Source of the DNA: Clostridia bacterium
Lineage (GTDB): Bacteria; Bacillota; Clostridia; UMGS1883
Assembly: GCA_045596985.1 (NCBI GenBank)
Contig: JAZODM010000023.1
Coordinates: 2,684-66,683, forward strand
Direction of reading: 5' to 3'
Length of the DNA: 64,000 bases
Shown: positions 63,633 to 64,000 of the stretch, piece by piece
How the letters are laid out: each line of letters begins with the position of its first letter
How positions within the stretch are numbered: the stretch's first letter is position 1
The notes under the pieces: model-generated
What the model was told of the DNA's origin: nothing
Seen by the model: only the letters and a program-made list of their open reading frames with translations
Database searches by the model: none
Position numbers and translations under genes: made by a program

Positions 63633-64000
63633 ATGTACAGTGAAAAGGTTATGGACCATTTCTCAAACCCCAGAAACGTCGGGGAAATTGCAGATGCAAA
63701 CGCAGTTGGAACTGTAGGTAATGCAAAATGCGGCGATATAATGAAAATTTATATGAAAATAGAAGAAGACATAATTAAAGATGTCAAATTCAAGACTTTC
63801 GGATGCGGCGCTGCCGTTGCGACAAGCTCTATGGCAACAGAGCTTGTAATCGGTAAAACCGTGGAGGAAGCTTTAAAACTTACAAACAAAGCTGTTGTGG
63901 AGGCTCTTGACGGACTTCCGCCGGCAAAGCTTCACTGCAGTGTTCTTGCCGAGGAGGCAATAAAGGCAGCTATTCAGGATTATTATGATAGGCAGAAGGA
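63633..64000 (+). CDS. nifU: Fe-S cluster assembly scaffold NifU/IscU, partial (runs off window end)
   Basis: Own translation: MYSEKVMDHFSNPRNVGEI...GNAKCGDIMKIY...FKTFGCGAAVATSS...LHCSVLAEEAIKAA. No stop codon is reached. Confidence 0.9.
   Translation, partial: MYSEKVMDHFSNPRNVGEIADANAVGTVGNAKCGDIMKIYMKIEEDIIKDVKFKTFGCGAAVATSSMATELVIGKTVEEALKLTNKAVVEALDGLPPAKLHCSVLAEEAIKAAIQDYYDRQK

Overview
64-kb chromosomal window from a spore-forming Firmicute with Clostridia-type gene order. The species cannot be named from the sequence alone. I count about 70 protein genes, nearly all core housekeeping in familiar syntenic blocks. In order: malQ (partial); spoIIIAA-AH plus asp23; a minus-strand block yicC-remA-gmk-rpoZ-priA-def-fmt-Zn peptidase-rsmB-rlmN-stp-prkC-rsgA-rpe-MTHFS; a MacAB-like efflux operon ending in an SLH wall-anchored protein; rpmG-secE-nusG-rplKAJL; hslO; an XRE + RAYT-like islet; recR-ybaB-dnaX-SRP RNA; dnaG-sigA; tRNA-Leu; a GntR/ABC module; serA-serC; a half-size TauE pair and spo0A; a MATE pump; rpsT-apbE-slt-coaE-polA; rpmB; a uracil permease; rpsF-ssb-rpsR; rsuA and an msmX-like ATPase; gpr; an XRE-S24 repressor; nifS-nifU (partial). 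I found no CRISPR array, rRNA, integrase, prophage or recognisable defence genes. Standard annotation does not explain the non-coding fraction, which holds the most interesting signals. (1) Family B is a modular multi-hairpin repeat with 4-5 copies, conserved loops and compensatory stem changes. Every copy sits in one orientation directly against the stop codon of the upstream gene. (2) Family A consists of tandem ATTTCGM heptamer arrays bracketed by AAAAAATCCA/TGGATTTTTT (4 copies). (3) A solo IS200/IS605-type (RAYT-like) HUH gene carries a perfect 25-bp GTAG-headed inverted repeat inside its own coding sequence and is paired with an XRE regulator. (4) A tRNA-sized derivative of tRNA-Leu has its own terminator. 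(5) A 700-bp gene-free stretch upstream of gpr is packed with nested hairpins. My best candidate for something undescribed is a repeat/RAYT-type genome-structuring or 3'-UTR RNA system. That link is inference and needs genome-wide and transcriptome checks. ORF-track starts were trimmed where an internal ATG with a ribosome-binding site fits the known protein family better.
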